The notes beneath the pieces are model-generated. The model searched no databases. It was not told the DNA's origin and saw nothing but the letters and a program-made list of their open reading frames with translations. A DNA stretch of 62,668 nt, filler included, from Globobulimina sp. (taxonomy: Eukaryota): NCBI GenBank assembly GCA_003354225.1. It is 16 parts of 16 records of this genome, joined end to end, with 100 filler letters (N's around TTAATTAATTAA, not from the genome) between each part and the next. Parts side by side here need not be neighbours in the genome. Positions count along the whole stretch, not along the records: positions 35,325 to 39,147 come from PIVH01002039.1; positions 39,248 to 43,069 come from PIVH01002040.1; positions 43,170 to 46,991 come from PIVH01002041.1; positions 47,092 to 50,912 come from PIVH01002042.1; 12 more parts are not named here. The stretch is one strand, 5' to 3'. Made by a program: the position numbers and the translations under genes. The first letter of the stretch is position 1. The number at the start of each line of letters is the position of its first letter. Below are positions 35,422 through 49,208 of the stretch, in pieces.

Positions 35422-38385
35422 TTACCGCTCCCATAGGTTTGTATGCAATTCGACGTACTCATTCATATAATTTCTGAATGGTACGCTATATTCATCCATC
35501 CACAGTTTTGATTTAATTTCCATTTCGCTGTGCAACGTATCCCAATCTCTATTATCGCCGATTCGCAATCTGGCCGTTTTTATTATTTCTTTTTTGTATT
35601 TAATATCGTTATCAATGTGGATGAATATGGTCAGATGATCTGACACTTTTGAGCCGAAGTCCTCGAGCCACCAATGTACAGATTCTCTGTCAACGGCGTT
35701 ATTTACAATGGAAATATCAGGCGACGTGTATTGGTTCAATGAGGGTCGAATGCGTGTAGCTGTCCCATCATTTAATGCAAACCAGCCGTTGTCAGCCATC
35801 CAGTTTGAAAAAGTAGTTCCTATGCTTTTTGTGGGTCCGGTGCGGATATAATTATTCATCCACATCTGACTGTGTCCATTTATATCAGATAAGAATATAA
35901 TGTTTTCATCCTTATGTTCATTTTCAAACGCATTTAAGTAATGGGTGACTGCGCTGATTTTGCAGCCTTTGCTACCTCTAATCTTTCCATTTTGGGGGCG
36001 ATAGTTATTTATTATAATATACTTCGAGTCCGCCGTAATAAATTCACATTGAATTATATACAGCTTTTGCATCAATAGATTGGTTCTTAGAATTTTGTAA
36101 TTTGGATCTGCTGCAGTTAAATCCGAGATTGCTGCATCGATAAATTTATTATGATCCGATTTGAGTGGGATTTGGTTGCAGCTCACGCTGTTTTCTACGA
36201 ATACGAGGACTTTGCCATAACCATTATGCATAGTTAGAGGCTTAGAGCTGTATAACCCGGTAACGTCCAAGTTGGTGCCTCAATGTCATATGTTACCCTT
36301 GCTTCTTGCAAATAGAATGCATCGGGTTTCTTAGTGTGGATTATATAATTAAGCAGTGTAATAATGCTGGCTGTCATGCTGTTGATGTTCCACTGTACCA
36401 ACAGTAGGCCGCCGTGTCTATGATACAATACATTATCTAATGTTTTACAGTGCGCGTTTCCGTCATCGCACGTTGTGTAAGATTCTTGTGAGCTGTCTGT
36501 AAGACTGCATTCGTCATAGATTGAGTCATGAATATTAGAATGATTTGAATCACTGTCTGTATGTTGTTGATTGTTATAAATATCATCATAATTAATATAA
36601 TTATGTTGATAATACGGATTATGGATTTGTTGGGTGTGATTGTACGTATTTCGCATTTGCTCATTACACAAAATCGCATCAGATGCCGAGATTGTGTATA
36701 AATGACTGTGTGGGGGCTCGGGGTCATTCATCATGAGCTAAAGGAGAAGGTGTGTTGGGTCGAGCTGTTGTTGTTAGTGTTGGAGTCTGTGTTGGCGTCC
36801 TTGTTGGCATTATTATGACTATACAATGCTAATTTGGCGCGTTTATGAGGAGTTTTAGAGCGATGGATGGCTGGTTTCCTCTTTCTTGTCGGCTTAGTCC
36901 ATTGTGTGGCAATTACAAATTCGTCGACCTCGGCAAAAATGTCTTTGTTTAACACGAATAGATCAATGATTCGATTCCTGTTTGTTTTGCTTAATTGTGA
37001 TGCTGCAGAGGCGCGATCTTTCAATGAAATATCATTCCATTTTAAGATCAGATCCACGGAGTTTTGGCATATTTGCATATCCCGTATCATCCATTTAGAA
37101 AATTTAGCAGCTGCCGTATGATACATTTCTTTTAATTTTTCGTCAGCAGAATCCATTAATATTTTACGTCGAGAGCTTAGAAATGATTTTATCTTTGAAA
37201 ACGAGTTCAATTCTTCAATATCGCTCTCCATTCTATCAAAAATGAAATTTATCATTTGATTTACATCCTCGTTGTTATTTGATGTGTCGTTTTCTGTTAA
37301 TACCGTATCGATGGGATTCGGCACCGTTACATTCAGCGGCACAGCTATTGGTGGCTCAGAGGGCGAGACATCTGATATGGCATTGCCATTCATGTCATCA
37401 TCTTTATCGCCGTCGGAGGACTCATCGGCTTTCTCTTCTATGTCCAGCCATGTATTAAATGATATGTTTTGTATTTGTGCAGTATTTGATAAGTGCGCAA
37501 ATTGTTCGTCATTGAATATACTGAAATCATTGTTATACAGCGCGTATATTTGAGCTGTTGAGATATTTGCAAATTGGTTCTCGTTAAGTTTGAAGTGATT
37601 ATACAGCGATTGCAGCGATTTAGGGTCTTCAAACGTTAATTTCTGATGATTTTGGATCTTTTGAGAATCCGTTAAACGTTTCCGCTGATTCCGTGGCTGT
37701 TCATTATTAAACGGACCCCATTCGATGGCTTGGCCGCCGGCAAAGCCACATTTTAAATTCATTTCGTCCAAATTCAGGTTCTTCGTAGTACTGATTTGGA
37801 TCTTTTTGGATACGTATTGTTTCTCATTCTTATAATTACCGCAGCGACTCATTAGAAAATGTTCATGCGGGAATTTCTTCAATAGTTTCTTCTTAATGAT
37901 ATCTAATGTTTTGTCATCTCTGCAATCGCGTAATTTTGCGAATTTTGGATGGACGCTACAGTTATCAATGATATATTTATATCCATTGTTGATATCAAAA
38001 TTGCGTTTAACCGGTATAGCTTGAAAACTTGTGCCGAATATGCGCCTAAAGTTGTTATCATTGGTTGCGATGTCGCTAATATTGGTTATCCAATTTGTAA
38101 TTAAATGGAATAACTGTTCGAATGATGGCATTCCTGTCTGCTTTGCAGCTCTACTTTCGACAGAATCCCATGAAAATGTGATACGGAGATATGAATTTTT
38201 GCCAAATGGATCGGCCGCACTGATAAATGGCTGCATAAATTGAAATGCTTTGGTATATTCGATGAGAGTTTCATAAAAATCGTCTGCATGGTCGAACCAT
38301 GAGCCGCTGGCTGTTTCTGCAGAGAATTTAATTTGGACGCACAGTTTGCCGTTTTTGATTTGGATCATTCTTGCTTCTTCAAACG
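35422..38385 (-). mobile_element. 5' part of an APE-type non-LTR retrotransposon (ORF1 36731-~38385; ORF2 from 36734 with a frameshift near 36245)
   Basis: LVQWNINS, DAFYLQE, NNYRP, SDINGHS..W, LNDGTATR, SPDIS and SDH endonuclease motifs. RT domain not reached. Confidence 0.75.
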
Positions 38386-38620
38386 GGGAGATCATTCAGT
38401 GTTTTACTTATTGGAGACATGTTTCAATTTCCACCGGTGGAGAGATTATCGAAACCTGCATTATGGGAAATAGATCTATACAAGCGCAGAATATGGGAAA
38501 TAGCTCAAAATAAACTGTTTGATAAACCCTACAATATGAGCTATATCGTAATATATAAAACTTATTACTCGCGGAGAAACAGCTCAATACATTATGTGAT
38601 GGCAATTCTTGCCCCGTATG
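38385..38620 (+). pseudogene. PIF1-family helicase fragment
   Basis: SVLLIGDMFQFPPV (GDMFQFPPV at 38413-38439) matches SF1B motif III GDxxQLPPV. Boundaries approximate. Confidence 0.55.
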
Positions 38621-38624
38621 GTAT

Positions 38625-39060
38625 CCTAATTTGTATGAGAATACTTGCGGTGACCGGCAAAGTGTTACTACCTTTGCCCGGATGCCTTTTTCTGACATAT
38701 TTAATCAACGCAGTCAACGCAGGATTGGTAGACCACGATTGCTGAATACCACATAACTGCGCCACAAAATCCATTGACCTCAACTTGTTACGGATTGTGC
38801 CATAAACGTTTTTCCGCGCACGAATAAAACAACAGTTGATGATGTAAATCTGTATGATCACATCACTGAGCGGCAAATCCCAAACCATAGCATCCGGAAT
38901 CTTAAGTCTGCGCATTGTCCGCCAGAACTCACACCAATTCCGTTGATACGTATCCATTCAGTAAGCTTAACGCCACCATTCAGAGTATGAAACAATATGT
39001 CTTTATACTCCCGGCCCCCACATAGTCAAATAACGGATGATTAAATTGTTTGGATCTGAC
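38625..39060 (-). mobile_element. Degenerate tyrosine-recombinase N-terminal (SAM-like) fragment, DIRS/Crypton-like
   Basis: TYQRNW..F...P.....IYI.....TIRNKLRSM......G....NP.L..LI..V.K..P....LPVT..IL pattern. The catalytic domain is absent. Confidence 0.6.
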
Positions 39061-39247
39061 TGTGCACAAAGGCAGTAAGTTAGTTAGTACTCAAAAGAGA
39101 AGAATAAAAAGAAAAGCAATGGCACTGCTACAAAACAAAAAACACAANNNNNNNNNNNNNNNNNNNNNNNNNNNNNNNNNNNNNNNNNNNNTTAATTAAT
39201 TAANNNNNNNNNNNNNNNNNNNNNNNNNNNNNNNNNNNNNNNNNNNN

Positions 39248-42200
39248 CCAATACACCTTTCTTGTATCAAAAGCAACCCAGTTTATAGGTGGAAAAATGC
39301 CAGATGTGGCTCGTAGAGAATCTAATAGACTTTTAGCATAGATAGACTTATTGCAATTTTCCAAAGACACATGTAGGTACTGATTGCTTGTAAGTGACGG
39401 ACATAATTGTCTAACATTAGGAATATTTAGACCCAGCCAAAATACTAGCTGCGCCCACCATACGCGTCGACAGTTTTCATTTGTACCACCTTTGAATAGC
39501 AATTCGATTAGTTTTAGACAAAACGTTTTACTTCTATATTTTAGACGCGGTAGGCGAAGGCCACCGTCTTGCCATTTTCTGCCCAAAGCATCCGTTCGTA
39601 TTGGACGCCAAATAGGATAATCCCATATAAATTTCAGTATTACTGACTCGATAGTTTTTATATCGTTCTCATCTGGAGGTTCAAAAGGTATTATATGATA
39701 CACTTTAGGAAGTATGTACGTATTAACAAATCGTACTCTATCAAACCATGTCAATGATTTTTTATGACACTTATTTATTCTTTTAGTTATGGCTTCGGTA
39801 GCTACCTGCCAATTACGTTTATGCTGATTTTTACCAACCAAAACACCCAAAACTTTAATTTCCGACTTTAGATACTGTAGAGGAACAGTACTACGATATG
39901 CTGCAGACATTTTACCCAGAATAAGGGCCTCAGTTTTATCCTCATTTATTTTTGCGCCAGAAGCCTCAGAGTATCTTTTAATTTCTTTTTCGAGTTCAAC
40001 CCGTTCTTCTGGATTACTAAGTATAAACAGATTGTCATCGGCATATGACAGACATTTTAACTCAGCCATTCCAGAATAGAATGGCAACCTATAACCACTG
40101 ATTTTGGGATTTTGACGAACTGCTTCAAGAAATGGTTCAGCTTGTAAGACAAACAGAAGCATAGACACTGGGCATCCTTGCCGGATACCTCTAGACACTT
40201 GGAATGACTTTGTAAACAGACCGTTTACTTGAACTTTTGCAGATATACCATTATAAATAGATGAGATCCATCTAAGAAAATTTGGACCAAAATTCATTCG
40301 CTTTAGGACCTTTTGCATCCAAACTTGGTCAACCCTGTCAAATGCTTTTTCATAATCATACCCAAATAGAGCAACACCCTCTTGTTTATACTTTAGATAT
40401 TCCTGTAGTAACCGTAACATGACAAGATTGTCAGTCATACTTCTGTTTGCAACTCCACATGATTGAGTAACAAACACCAAACCAGGTAAAACAGTTTTAA
40501 GACGTGCAGCTAGCACTCTACTTATAATTTTGTAATCACATGTTAACAGGCTTATGGGACGCCAATTTTTAAGTAATTTAGGATCAGCTTTTTTAAACAA
40601 TAGAGATATAATCGCTTCATTCATAGTATTAGATAGTTTGCCAGCAAACCATACAGCATTAATTACTTCAGTGAGATCTTTACCAACTAGATACCAATAT
40701 TTAATATAAAACTCTTTTCCTAGACCATCTTGGCCAGGAGTTTTGTTATTTTTCATACTTTTCACAGCACTGTACGCTTCAGTCTCAGAAATAAAACTCT
40801 CACAACTTTCTTTCTCAGCATCAGATAGATGCCGATTTATTAAACTCAGTAAGGACTCTTGCTTTTCCATATCCTGTGGTTCACTAGTATATAAATTTAC
40901 ATAAAAATCTCTAACTGTATTCATAATAGCTTCTTTCTCAGAGGACTCGACACCATTTTCGTCACACAATATAGTAATACTTTTTGATTTACCAGATTTC
41001 TGCTCAAAACGTTGGTACCATTGGGAGCTACCCTTTTCATCATCAATTTCTGTCACTCGAGAACGAACGAACTGACCTCTTACTCGACTAACAGCAATTT
41101 CTTTCAAACTACATTGTATTGTACTTATTTCTAGAGCATGGTTTACATTACCGTTATTCTGCTCAGTCTGGAGCTTTTCCAGTTTACACTGTAGCTCTTT
41201 TTCTCTAGTTTTACCTGTTTGTTTAGCTTGTTCTTTGCTGAACAACATGATGATTCGACGAATATGTGCTTTACCATTATCCCACCAATCAAGTAATCCT
41301 TCTCCAAGTCGTTTTTGACAACGCCAATAGGTCCAGAAATTTTGCAGACGGTTATTTAACTCTTCTTTTCCAAGGAGACTGTTGTTACACTTCCAGAAGC
41401 TACGACCCCATCGCACAAAATCTGGTTTCTGTATTTTAATGGATACAAGCGAATGATCGCTGGTCATTGTTCGAGTTTCATATTTTATATCAATAATACA
41501 CTTTTCTACTTCATGTACAGTATAAACTCGATCTAACCGACTACTTCTATTTTGTATTCCATGATAACTGAATTGTATTTCACTTGGATATCTTTCACGC
41601 CAAGCGTCTCTAAACCGTTCTAATTTCAGTTTCTCAAATATACCCCTTGTACAGTATTCACCAGTACCGACAGTTTTAGACATTCTATCCAGCTGGACAT
41701 TTTCTACGCCATTCCAATCACCAAGAAGTATCATATATTCTTTCGGTTCCCAAAGATTTAGGAACCTTTCTGCCCAAACTTTTAGTCCACCATCCAGATT
41801 AGATGCATAGACATTCCAGATAATAAAACGGTTACCTCCGTAATCAATACACAACTCTTGAATGGTACCAATAGATTTAATTGTACAGTTAACTATAGAA
41901 AATATATTATCTTTTACTAGAAACAGAGTACCCCCTGAGTGGAGAGTACCAGGGTTCCAAAAAGTTTTGCCAGAATAGGCATTATTAATTTGTGCAATTA
42001 ATGAATCTGAAGGTTGATGAATTTCTTGTAACGCAACAATATCATACTCTTTAATTTCATCAAGAATTAATCGCCATTTAGGGCAATTTCGAGAATTTTG
42101 CGAAGTATCGCCTATTAGACCATTTACATTATATGATGCGACTTTTATAGACGCCATTGCGATAGATTGAAACAAAGACATTATTAAGTACATTAGGAGT

Positions 42201-43069
42201 TTCGGCCGCCACCGCGACCTCCATCTCCTTCACCCTTATTTTTCTTATCTTTTTTGGTTTTCTGATTTCCTGGCGAAGTTGCCGACCTTTTATTACGATT
42301 TGCTGACGCCTGTGATTCACTGACTTCATCAGTTGCTTCCTCAGCTGAGGATGCAGTTGATATAGGAGATGACAAAGACTCAGTTTGATGTCGAATATTA
42401 GACAAAATATCACCGATTCTTTCATGAGTAATAGCACTGGGAACAGAGTCAGTTGACTGAGAGGCAGCCATTGTACTTTGAGTATTTGGTTCTGAGACTG
42501 GTAATACACTTTGTGTACTTGATATAAGTTGAGGAAAATCAGTGATATCCTCCGTATTTACACCAGGACATGTCCATGCATTATGACCCTCTTTACTGCA
42601 TTTACCACAAGGCTGTTTACACTCTCGGACGAAATGTCCGTACTCTTTACAGTTAAAGCATTTGAGTTGCTGTTTCTGACCTTGATATTTTACGTATGCT
42701 TTACAACCACTCACATAAATAACCGGAGGGATCAATTTTAATTGTCCCTTAAAAAATACATGACGTATACCGTTTTCAACCCCCTTAAGATCTGGAGGTT
42801 CAGAGAATTTACACCTGTACACATGGGTAGCTTTACCAAATTGATTCATTTTGACCAGAAGATCATTATCTGAGATTTGAGCACCTAAACCAAAAATGGC
42901 TACCTTAGTTTGATTATCTCTAACTTTTTGCTTTTCCTTTTCCATTAAATCATTGATAACCTTTACGGCATCATCAGCTTCAAAACTAGCATATTTTTCA
43001 TCATTACCCGAATCATGAATCTCAAAACTACCTAAACACTGGAGAGAGTCCAGTATAGTTTCTTTGAAC
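39248..43069 (-). mobile_element. L1/Tx1-clade non-LTR retrotransposon: ORF1 (to 42193, two CCHC knuckles) and ORF2 (APE + RT), both ends cut
   Basis: ENGIR..F, CFNCKEYGHFVREC and CGKCSKEGHNAWTC. SYNVNG, LQE, GDWN, SRLDR, SDH, WKCN, KTPGQDG, NWRPISLL, KAFDRV, RQGCP and YADD. Confidence 0.95.
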
Positions 43070-43455
43070 NNNNNNNNNNNNNNNNNNNNNNNNNNNNNNN
43101 NNNNNNNNNNNNNTTAATTAATTAANNNNNNNNNNNNNNNNNNNNNNNNNNNNNNNNNNNNNNNNNNNNGTATTCTAAAGGGTGTATGTAGTTAACCAGA
43201 CTACCACCCTTTTTTTTTATTACAATAGATAATATGTTATCTATTATGACTGTTTTAGTCTGATTTAGATAATATATTGTCCCTGTTGTAACAATAATAA
43301 TTCTCTTACGTATAATGAATATAATTAAAGATTATTCTTATGATAGAAGTTAAGGGAATACAAGGACATATTATATTATTATGTAAGAATCATTATACTT
43401 GTAAGAGTTTACATCAAGCATTAAGGCAGTTGTGGGCGATTAGATGTGGTTATGA

Positions 43456-46187
43456 TTATGATAGTGATACTAAGTCAGCAGACCGATATATTGCTAATGA
43501 ATTACATTCGTTCATACTTTCCCCAAAATCTTTATATAATTTGTCCATTTTAGCAGTAAGATTGTTTAATGTATCTCTCATTTTTTCATTTAATACATCA
43601 TCATCTTTACTTTCATAATGGCTATAATCACACCGTTGAATTAATGTTGTAATTTGAGTGCTCATTTCATGAAAATCAAAGCTTAGACATTTTTCAATCT
43701 CAAACACATCAAATACATTGACCCAATTTGATAAATGATTATAATGTTCATTTACCATATCAACCAAATACATAAACAAAGAATAATTCCCAATCGCATT
43801 ACTCGTACAAACATTTAATTCATTCAACGCATACCACCCAAAACCTTTTGCATTTCCTAATTGTCGATGATTATAATTTAAATAATTACCAATAAATAAT
43901 ATCAATTCACCAATTTTGTCCAATTCGCCAATTTGATTAATTTGACATACATTTCGTAAAAAAATAATAATTTCATATTGAATTGGACAAAATTCATCAA
44001 CCTCTAATCGTAATAATTGTAACTGGCATTGTTTCCTATTTAATGGTATGTCCATACAATAAAACCAGAGTTGTTCCACTAAAGCAAATTTATCAACAAT
44101 TTCATTCAAGTTTTTAACATTTTTTATTTTCTTTATTTTCTTAGTATTTCTAAACCATTCCGTCTCTTTTTCTGTTGGTAAAATTAATAAAACTTTCTCT
44201 AAATATTCAATATCTGTAACCTCATTAATTTTCAACATAACATCTCTTAATCCTTTGCCATTATTTTTGAATAATAATGTGGATATAATTCGAGTATGAC
44301 TCTCTCGATTATGATCTATATCAAAATCAAATATTGCAAATTGTTGATATCTCGAGCTCTTTGACTTTAATTTTTTACTTTTTCTCAAACGACGGATTGA
44401 CCACAATTCTTCCAATAAAGCAAAATCTAAACAAACATTCTCTTTGTTTTCCTCCATTTGCTTAAATATGGTATTATCAATATTACTGACACAAATCCAT
44501 TGTAATGGTTTCATTCGTTTTGATGGTTTGTGTTGGATAAACATTTTGTTTTCATCATTCGGCAAACGGTTTGAAACAGCACCAATGTATTGATTTAATT
44601 GATATTGATGAAGTTGGAGATATTTGGAAATTGACAATAAACTCCACCTTGGGAAATATACGTAAATCCACCATATAATATCGGAGGGTATCGTATATAA
44701 TAAACGTTTCTCAAATTCTCGAATAAATCCACATATCAAAGCAATGAATATATTCTTTGCTCTTTCAACTAAATGCTGAGCGGTCTCCCAATCACTTTTT
44801 ATATTTATTAACATTCCACAAAAATTCACAAACTCCCCAGTTCCCGCTCTCGTATCACATCCAAAATGTGCCGCTAAATCGTGACATTTGGTCACTGCTT
44901 TATTGTATTCTGTATGTATTTTATTGAAGTCTGCATCCAATTTATCCAACGTTTTCTGCATAGCTTGGTTCAACACATTCCGCTGTCTATAGGCTGTGAG
45001 GTCTGAGCTCATCTTTCTAAAATCGAGTCTCATTCGCGTTAAGTCAATTTGTCGAACATCAGCAAATAAATCCACCCAATGGGACAAATGTGGATAATGA
45101 TCATTCACCATCTCCACTAAATATATTAACAATGAGTACATTTGATCTTGATTGGAACGTGAATATTTCATTCGATTTAATGCATCCAATGAAAAGCCTG
45201 CCGCTCTCCTACAAAAATACAAAAAATAGCAATTTTTATGACAGAACACAGTGTATTATATAATATATACCTTGGATAATTTAAATAGTTTCCGATATTT
45301 AACACCAATTCAAACACTTTACAAATGTGTGCATCGCCATACAATCTAGAATGCATATTTTGTAATGATTTAACATTACAATATTGAAATGGACAAAATT
45401 CTTCAAATTCCAATCGTAACATTTGTAATTTGCACCGTTTCAAAATGCCAGGTATTTCCATACAATAATACCAAAACCGCTCCACGAAAGGAAATTTATT
45501 AACAATTTGGTCGCGTTCTGTATCATTCATATGTTGCAACTGCAATATGGTTGGATAGTTTTGAAACAGTAACAGCTCTTCATCAGAAGGCATAAGTTTG
45601 GTTATTTTGTCTAAATAATTAATATCTTGGATATCCTCCACATTTTTAATGTCATTAATAACGTCTTTCACAGTTTTAACGTCTTTTACATTTTTGAGTG
45701 CATTGAATCGAAATAAAATCATTGCTATACATCTTATTAAATTTGAACGTGAATGATTTAAATCATTTTGAATAATATTATTCACGAATTTTCTGGTTTT
45801 GCGTTTGATGGATTTCTCACTTTCTGATGATAGATTTTTCGTTGTCTTTTTGGATTTTGATACAGACCACAATGTTTCTAATAATTTTACATCCAACAGA
45901 ATGGCATCTTCATTGATTTTCATATTCTCGAACATTGTACCTTGTATTTGATGATCTTTCAGACGTTTCCATACTAAACATCTCATTTTTTGTGTTGGTG
46001 TATGCTTGCTCAATATACTATTTTTATTTTGACTCAATGTGTTCAATGTAGGTGCAGTTGGGATTGTAAATAATTCATTTTGTGTAGATATTATTGTAGG
46101 TAAAGGAGCTGCAGGTAACGGAGCTGCAGGTAACGGCGCTGTAGGTAACGGAGGTAGCGGAGCTGCATTTGGCAAGGGTGCCGACAT
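43456..46187 (-). CDS. Formin-like protein: short FH1 plus two tandem FH2-like domains
   Basis: N-terminal PLP repeats. KMRCLVW...IGNYLN...GFSL occurs, then again as RMKPLQW...IGNYLN...AKGF. Intron 45270-45209. The last few codons are probably chimeric. Confidence 0.8.
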
Positions 46188-46223
46188 GCTCTTTATAATC
46201 TTCGAAAAACTTCGGACTTAAAA

Positions 46224-46991
46224 TTAGTTATTATTATAATTTATTTCAACTGTAACACCAAAATCATCAAAAGTATCTTCATTGATATGCCACACAGGTT
46301 GTTGCGAAGCCGTTGAACCAAATGGTAAAGGCCCAGTATCCGGCCCCAAAGGTTCACCATCTGGACAATTATCTTCATCATAACATACGGGCTCACACAC
46401 AAATCCAGTAAAACCTTGCGTGGTCAATGTGCAATTTGGATATTGCGGATATTTTTCCTGCGAATTTGGCGCAGCACAGATCTCGAATGCTTTATTTCCT
46501 CCCAAAAACATTTGATTTGTAACATTTTTAACAGTCGCCTGTATTGCTTGTCTTTTCTCACTTAAATAATCCAAAATTATTTTATAATTTGCATTGGTTG
46601 TTTTTATAGGATGCGCCTCTGATGGATCCCATTCAATATTATACAATAACGGTGGTATCTGCACCGAAACCGTACCATTTGTAAACCGCGTCACCCAATG
46701 CGCCTTATAGGAGCCACTATAATTCGGTACTCTGCACCGAATGGCCCATATTCCAGAACATGCTTCAAAGTGCGGATCCGTTGTATTAGCAATATAGGGA
46801 CAGTTGGTTGCATTAATTGAACCTCCATACATAGGATAACAGTCATGTTGCGACTTTCCACCATTCTCATTAAATATAATATCACTCATATCCTTGCCAT
46901 CATATATACGCTCGTCATCCGGCAAATATTTCATCGAATCACTAATATTGATCATGGTCATGAAAATATCCATAGTGGACACAATCTCTGC
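46224..46991 (-). CDS. Arylsulfatase C-terminal part, 5'-partial
   Basis: STMDIF.T, DGKDMS, AIR...YKAHWVT and PPLLYNI..DPSE. Confidence 0.85.
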   Translation of the reverse strand, partial: AEIVSTMDIFMTMINISDSMKYLPDDERIYDGKDMSDIIFNENGGKSQHDCYPMYGGSINATNCPYIANTTDPHFEACSGIWAIRCRVPNYSGSYKAHWVTRFTNGTVSVQIPPLLYNIEWDPSEAHPIKTTNANYKIILDYLSEKRQAIQATVKNVTNQMFLGGNKAFEICAAPNSQEKYPQYPNCTLTTQGFTGFVCEPVCYDEDNCPDGEPLGPDTGPLPFGSTASQQPVWHINEDTFDDFGVTVEINYNNN

Positions 46992-47091
46992 NNNNNNNNN
47001 NNNNNNNNNNNNNNNNNNNNNNNNNNNNNNNNNNNTTAATTAATTAANNNNNNNNNNNNNNNNNNNNNNNNNNNNNNNNNNNNNNNNNNNN

Positions 47092-48833
47092 ATCATGTCC
47101 AAACCCATTGTCCGCATAAAAGAATTGCGGCCCTTCCTTCATATTACGTTTCTGGTTTAATGTCACTAACAAAATATCGTCAGTCAGCTCTTCGATATGT
47201 ACAGATAACACGGGATACCCTGCTTGCTTTAGCCACGAATGCATCATACTTTTTATATTCTGGTCGTATGTATTTAGCACATCCAATAAATCATCACTGT
47301 CCACAGATAAATACGCATATTTTAATAAATATTCATGCAACGCAGCAAAGTAATTATCGTCGCCCATATAACACGCCAACATGCGGTTTATTGCAGCGCC
47401 TTTATCGTAGGTTGTTGCTGAAAACATTGAGGCAATGTCCGTTTGAGTCGATATGTTTTGTTTGATAATCGGTGGTGAAAATATTGAGATATCCGCATCC
47501 AATCTGGTTGGCCATGGACCAAAACCATACCATGTCTCCCAAAATGGCAGCTGTGGCCTGGTCGCATTGCCGCAGACATATTCGAAATAGCGCGCAAAGC
47601 CTTCATTTAACCACGTATGCTGCCACGAGCTGACAGTCACCAAATTGCCAAACCATTGATGCGCATATCTTATAATTAAAATCTCTGTACATAGCAACCT
47701 GAATATGTGATGAATATGGAAAGTTAACTCATGCGCCATCAGCCCGACTAAGGATCTTTGGTTGGCGGAGCTGAATGGCTCTGTGGTTGCGATGCAATCA
47801 TTGCAATAAATGACCAATCCCCAATTCTCCATTGCTGACAAGAACAATTTCTCGTTGGTGTTGAATGAGTATACGATAATATAGCATACCTCCACCGCCT
47901 TGCAATGAAACATCATCTAATTTCGCCAATGGGTATGAGATATTTAACGTATTCACAAACCACGGCATGAGAGTGGCAGATGTGTTTAATGCGAATGTGT
48001 ATTGAGTGGATCTGTTCAGTTCGAAATATAAAGTATGTGTATAATTTAATATGTTCCTTTCCAAATAGTCATAGTCTCCAACCACAACTGCTAATAAATA
48101 CGATGGCATTCTTGGAGTGGTCGCAAAAGATACTATTTTGCACAAATAATTGCTCCCATTTCCAGAATGTGAGTCCCATTCACATTCATATTCCTCTGTG
48201 TCCGCTAAGTGTATGATATTTGTTATAGCCATGTTCGACAATGTCGTGGCGTGGATTGGCGCAATCAAAGTCATATCGAATGTTGTTCTGTATCGTGGCT
48301 CATCATATATTGGCATCACCCACCGAGCGTATATTGGTTGCATTTGTGTGCCCACTCCGTGCAATGTTCTGTTGTGGTATGTGTAGGTCGACAGATATAA
48401 TCCGTATCTGTCTGTTAATGGACTGTTCCATTGTAGCGATAAAAAGACCGTAACACCGAATTGGATGTTATTTTGTCGACTGAGTGACAATAATTTGTAA
48501 TATTGAAAGTGAAGGTAATTATTTCCGTGATGTTGTTGAATGTCATAAAGAATGCGTTATGTTTAAGGAGATATTGGAAGTTATGTTGATATTCGTTGCT
48601 TTGTTCAGTTGGATGAATATGAATGAATTGTTTGCATAATTCGACAAATGATTGAGTGTCATGTTTAATTCCACTGTTTGCCAAGCATCGAATGAGAAAT
48701 TCCCATTGCTATCAGGGCATAGATGCGGGAACAAAGTGACATTGTAGTTTATTGGAATGATTGTTGTGGGTAATGTGTATTCAGAGCCTCGGCAATAATG
48801 ATAGAAAAAAAATGAAAACCACAACAGCAGCAT
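47092..48833 (-). CDS. Secreted M1 aminopeptidase N, 3'-partial, with frameshifts near 48490-48560
   Basis: Signal peptide, TQMQPIYAR..MP.YDEP, TTPRMPSYLLA, GAMENWG and HEYAHQWFGN (each split by an intron), WLNEGFA and YDKGA. Confidence 0.92.
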
Positions 48834-49208
48834 GATGCTTAAACTGACAATTCGCAGAGTTAAAATATTAAAACTCGCAGAGTTGAGAATACATTATTGT
48901 TGAATTAGAATACATATTATTACTGTTACATTTAAAGTCGGACTATAAAACTACACAAACACAACACAAACACAACACAAACATTTGCAATATGTACGAT
49001 GGATTAAAAACGGACAAAATAAGAAAGCAATTTGTCGATGATATAACCAGCAAAAAGTATATCAGACAATTACAATTAAATAACAATGCAGCAATTTACT
49101 GATCGCCATATTTATATATAATTAAGCTGTTTTTAATCTGAATGTAAAATAAAAATAAATTTTATATATAATCTGTTTTTTATAATTACTATAATATTTA
49201 GAACATTT

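Noticed and set aside
27478-43069. Apparent transposon island or multi-gene system across this region
   Set aside because: The elements sit on separate, length-sorted contigs, so the adjacency is artificial.
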